From: Bacteroidia bacterium
GTDB taxonomy: Bacteria; Bacteroidota; Bacteroidia; Bacteroidales; Paludibacteraceae
Length of the DNA: 64,000 nucleotides
Assembly (NCBI GenBank): GCA_021152555.1
Contig: JAGKVE010000008.1
Coordinates: forward strand, 702 to 64,701
Direction: 5' to 3'
Shown here piece by piece: positions 61,671 to 64,000 of the stretch (positions are counted from its first letter, which is position 1; every line of letters begins with the position of its first letter). The notes under the pieces were generated by a model. The model did no database searches, was not told the origin of the DNA, and saw only the letters and a list, made by a program, of their open reading frames with translations. Position numbers and translations under genes: made by a program.

Positions 61671-61700
61671 CAAAGATATGGCATTTAGCTTATTCTTCAA
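61671..61700 (-). promoter_or_regulatory. candidate promoter of the structural/lysis cluster (TATCTTTG = complement of 61671-61678)
   Basis: -7 box 20 nt upstream of the ATG at 61651, immediately downstream of the umuC stop. Confidence 0.5.
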
Positions 61701-61712
61701 AAGACACCCTTT

Positions 61713-62975
61713 TTAAGTGGCTTTGAGGGTGATGATGTCGCGGAGGTCTGTCGTGTAGAGAGGGCTCTTGTGCTCGTTCTTATAGATTGGCTTCTCGGAG
61801 GTCATCTGAGAGCCGTAAATAATTGAGCGCTTGCCTTGGCGGTCTTCAATCTGGTCGAGCACGCGCTGCAGGCGTTTGTCCTTGGCTCTGTCCTTGGTGT
61901 CGAACATATCGGGGACGACTGCTGCCTCGGGGATGATTTTCAGCAACACCACGCCGGCTTTCTTATAGAGAATGCCGGGACGATACGAACGCCGGAACGC
62001 TCCCAAAGCGAAGGCGATCAATTCCTGATTGTTTGCCGTAGCGACGGGGAGCGTTACCAGTTCGGAGAGGTAGTGTTGCTCTACATCCGTTCTGAAGGGT
62101 GATGTGTGGGCATAGACATACAGCTGCTGCGCAACGGACTTTTGTGTGCGCAACTGGCGGGCACAATGCGCGCAGAAGTTTGCTATCTGTTCCTCCAAAA
62201 GAGATTGTTCGGTGATGGCTGTGGCGAACGTGCGCGATGTCGTTATCGACTGCTTCATGGGCAACTCCGTAATATCTATTACGTCTTGACCACGAAGCTC
62301 CTGCCACGTGAGCAGTCCGGGTTTATTGAGCAGGCCACGAGCAAAGGTAGCGGGCTTCTCGGTAAACTGCAAGGCTGTGGTAACACCCGCTGCCGTGAGT
62401 TTCGCCTTTGCTCGTCTGCCAATGCCCCAGACATCACCAATCTCGAACTGTGAGAGTGCCTTGATGCGCTGCTCTTCCGTGCGTATCTCGCACACCCCGT
62501 GATAACCGGGATATTTCTTGGCATACTTGGATGCCACTTTTGCCAGCGTTTTAGAAGAAGCGATGCCGATTGAGACGGGTATGCCGACACCCTTGCGGAT
62601 GTCCCGAACCAACTGCTCGCAAAAGGCTTTCTGTTCCTCCTCCGGCACATGATCGATATTGATGAAGCTCTCATCAATGGAGTACTGTTCAAAGCGTGTG
62701 GTGTGTGCGCGGAGGATGGACATTACCCGGTCCGATAAATCGCCATACAGGGAGAAATTGGATGAGAAGCATACAACTCCCTCTTTCTCCACCAGTGCCT
62801 TGATTTGGTAGAGCGGTGCGCCCATGGGTATGCCGAGTGCCTTGGCTTCGTTGGAACGTGAGACAACGCAGCCGTCGTTTCCGGAAAGCACGACAACCGG
62901 CTTTCCCTCCAAATCAGGACGGAAAACGCGTTCGCACGAGACGAAGAAATTATTACAGTCGGCTAAAGCGAACAT
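61713..62975 (-). CDS. umuC: Y-family translesion DNA polymerase (UmuC-like)
   Basis: [43 protein letters not shown], and [10 protein letters not shown]. Start at ATG 62975 abuts the umuD stop. Confidence 0.85.
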   Translation of the reverse strand: MFALADCNNFFVSCERVFRPDLEGKPVVVLSGNDGCVVSRSNEAKALGIPMGAPLYQIKALVEKEGVVCFSSNFSLYGDLSDRVMSILRAHTTRFEQYSIDESFINIDHVPEEEQKAFCEQLVRDIRKGVGIPVSIGIASSKTLAKVASKYAKKYPGYHGVCEIRTEEQRIKALSQFEIGDVWGIGRRAKAKLTAAGVTTALQFTEKPATFARGLLNKPGLLTWQELRGQDVIDITELPMKQSITTSRTFATAITEQSLLEEQIANFCAHCARQLRTQKSVAQQLYVYAHTSPFRTDVEQHYLSELVTLPVATANNQELIAFALGAFRRSYRPGILYKKAGVVLLKIIPEAAVVPDMFDTKDRAKDKRLQRVLDQIEDRQGKRSIIYGSQMTSEKPIYKNEHKSPLYTTDLRDIITLKAT

Positions 62976-63409
62976 CAGAGACGCGTTTTGTGGATGGCGT
63001 AAGTAACTACACCCCAAACGGAAAACTCATTGTTCTTATCGACGCGTATGGGCTGGAAATCGGGATTGTGCGGTATGAGCCAAGCGCACTTGCCGGACTC
63101 ATCGAGTTTGAACTCCTTGAGGGTGTATTCGCCGTCGATATAAGCGACGATAAAATCCCCGTTCTTTGGGTCGAGACTACGATCCACGACCACCAAATCC
63201 CCATTAAGGATACCTGCATCACGCATGGAGTCACCTTCCACGTGGGCGTAGAAAGTAGTTTCCGGATGGGGTGTCAATTCCCGCGCAAGATTGATGCGCT
63301 CGCCTGCATGATCAGCAGCGGGCGAAGGAAATCCGGCATGGATGGACTCCGCAAATTCAAGAGCAAGTTCGGCTTGCTCGGAGTCTGTAATATCAATTAG
63401 TTTTGCCAT
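62975..63409 (-). CDS. umuD: UmuD-like S24 peptidase subunit of polymerase V
   Basis: [39 protein letters not shown] (Ser nucleophile in GDSM), and YTLKEF (Lys). Confidence 0.8.
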   Translation of the reverse strand: MAKLIDITDSEQAELALEFAESIHAGFPSPAADHAGERINLARELTPHPETTFYAHVEGDSMRDAGILNGDLVVVDRSLDPKNGDFIVAYIDGEYTLKEFKLDESGKCAWLIPHNPDFQPIRVDKNNEFSVWGVVTYAIHKTRL

Positions 63410-63692
63410 TGGGCCAAAACTCAAAGCGTTCTAATTTCATTTGTCCGCAAGCCTCAATCTCGGCTACGTATTTCTTGAACTCCGGCGTAGCGGAGTGAAG
63501 GTCGAGCGAAGCTTGATCCTTCCAAGTTTCGCAAATCAAAAACACGTCAGAGCGGGTCGCGCTCTGGAACACATCATAAGCGATGCACCCGGCATGAGAG
63601 CGGGATTTCTCGGTCAAAGCTACTGCAGCACGCAGAGCGTCCTTGTACTGGTCACCATCGGTGGCCTGAAAAAAGCAATTTAAGCGTATCAT
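63393..63692 (-). CDS. antibiotic-biosynthesis-monooxygenase (ABM) domain protein
   Basis: About 99 aa from MIRLNCFF. Ferredoxin-like ABM pattern (GCIAYDVFQS ... LICETWKDQASLDLHSATPEFKKY). Confidence 0.55.
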   Translation of the reverse strand: MIRLNCFFQATDGDQYKDALRAAVALTEKSRSHAGCIAYDVFQSATRSDVFLICETWKDQASLDLHSATPEFKKYVAEIEACGQMKLERFEFWPNGKTN

Positions 63693-63693
63693 A

Positions 63694-64000
63694 TTACTTG
63701 GTATATTTAGCGTGTAGATTGGCGATGATGCCCGTGAACTTGTCGCGGAGAGGTTGAGGAGAAAGCACTTCGGCTTCATCGCCACGTCCTAAAATCTCCT
63801 GCATAAACTCAAAGTTCGGTGCAAGATGGAACTGGAAATCGGAGTACTCTGCTGTGGTATTGATTTCCTTTTGCGACTTGTGCAGTGGAAGTGTCCGCAA
63901 GTACGAAACGCCTTTGCGAGCGACGCGCACGACTATATCTTGCACCTCGTCCGCTTCACCCATCGTCATTCCGATATAATCGGAGAAGTATTTCTTCACA
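63694..64000 (-). CDS. C-terminal part of a WYL-domain (YafY/PafBC-like) transcriptional regulator; partial, continues beyond the window
   Basis: The frame is open to the window edge. The tail VVRVARKGVSYLRTLPLHKSQKE ... FEFMQEILGRGDEAEVLSPQPLRDKF matches the WCX-type C-terminal extension of WYL regulators. Confidence 0.5.
   Translation of the reverse strand, partial: VKKYFSDYIGMTMGEADEVQDIVVRVARKGVSYLRTLPLHKSQKEINTTAEYSDFQFHLAPNFEFMQEILGRGDEAEVLSPQPLRDKFTGIIANLHAKYTK

Larger units (their letters stand above)
49873..61700. mobile_element. integrase-associated phage-derived island (cryptic prophage remnant, satellite or tail-only module)
   Basis: Contains a tyrosine integrase next to a broken tRNA-His, a TP901-type tape measure, a post-TMP tail gene, a holin/amidase/spanin-like cassette, an HK97-gp10-like gene and two further structural-looking ORFs. 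No terminase, portal, protease or replication genes recognised. Confidence 0.6.

Overview
This is a chromosomal window from a Bacteroidota genome, most likely Bacteroidales (Prevotellaceae-like). The assignment rests on a SusC/SusD pair, a T9SS C-terminal sorting domain, a class-3 FBPase, and more than ten copies of the TTTG-N20-TAnnTTTG promoter layout. Layout: 1-20.3 kb holds housekeeping and envelope genes (Isf-like flavoprotein, alpha/beta hydrolase, DUF2229-type protein, TetR, YtxH, AI-2E transporter, a disrupted htrA, GT2, PagL-like deacylase, mnmE, yicC, gmk, nadD, glyQS, fbp). 20.4-27.8 kb is a small MFS + SusC/SusD/SusE-like locus. 28.7-33.0 kb encodes two surface proteins. 33.3-35.9 kb is nrdDG. 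36.0-49.5 kb is a two-gene unit: an outer-membrane beta-barrel gene followed by a 12.4-kb ORF for a ~4,100-aa modular T9SS cargo. 49.7-61.7 kb is an integrase-associated, phage-derived block with tape measure, post-TMP tail gene, lysis cassette and three structural-looking genes, but no capsid-packaging or replication genes I can recognise. That block is interleaved with one truncated and one near-intact tRNA-His cassette and a ~560-nt iteron-like array. 61.7-64.0 kb is a WYL-ABM-umuD-umuC string. A second, window-wide signal is a set of short-period (7-, 11-, 16-nt) degenerate tandem arrays. They fill leaders and intergenic spacers and are also read in frame inside otherwise conserved housekeeping CDSs. 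All functional calls come from motif recognition by eye on the supplied translations; no database search was run. Coordinates of small non-coding features may be off by 1-2 nt.
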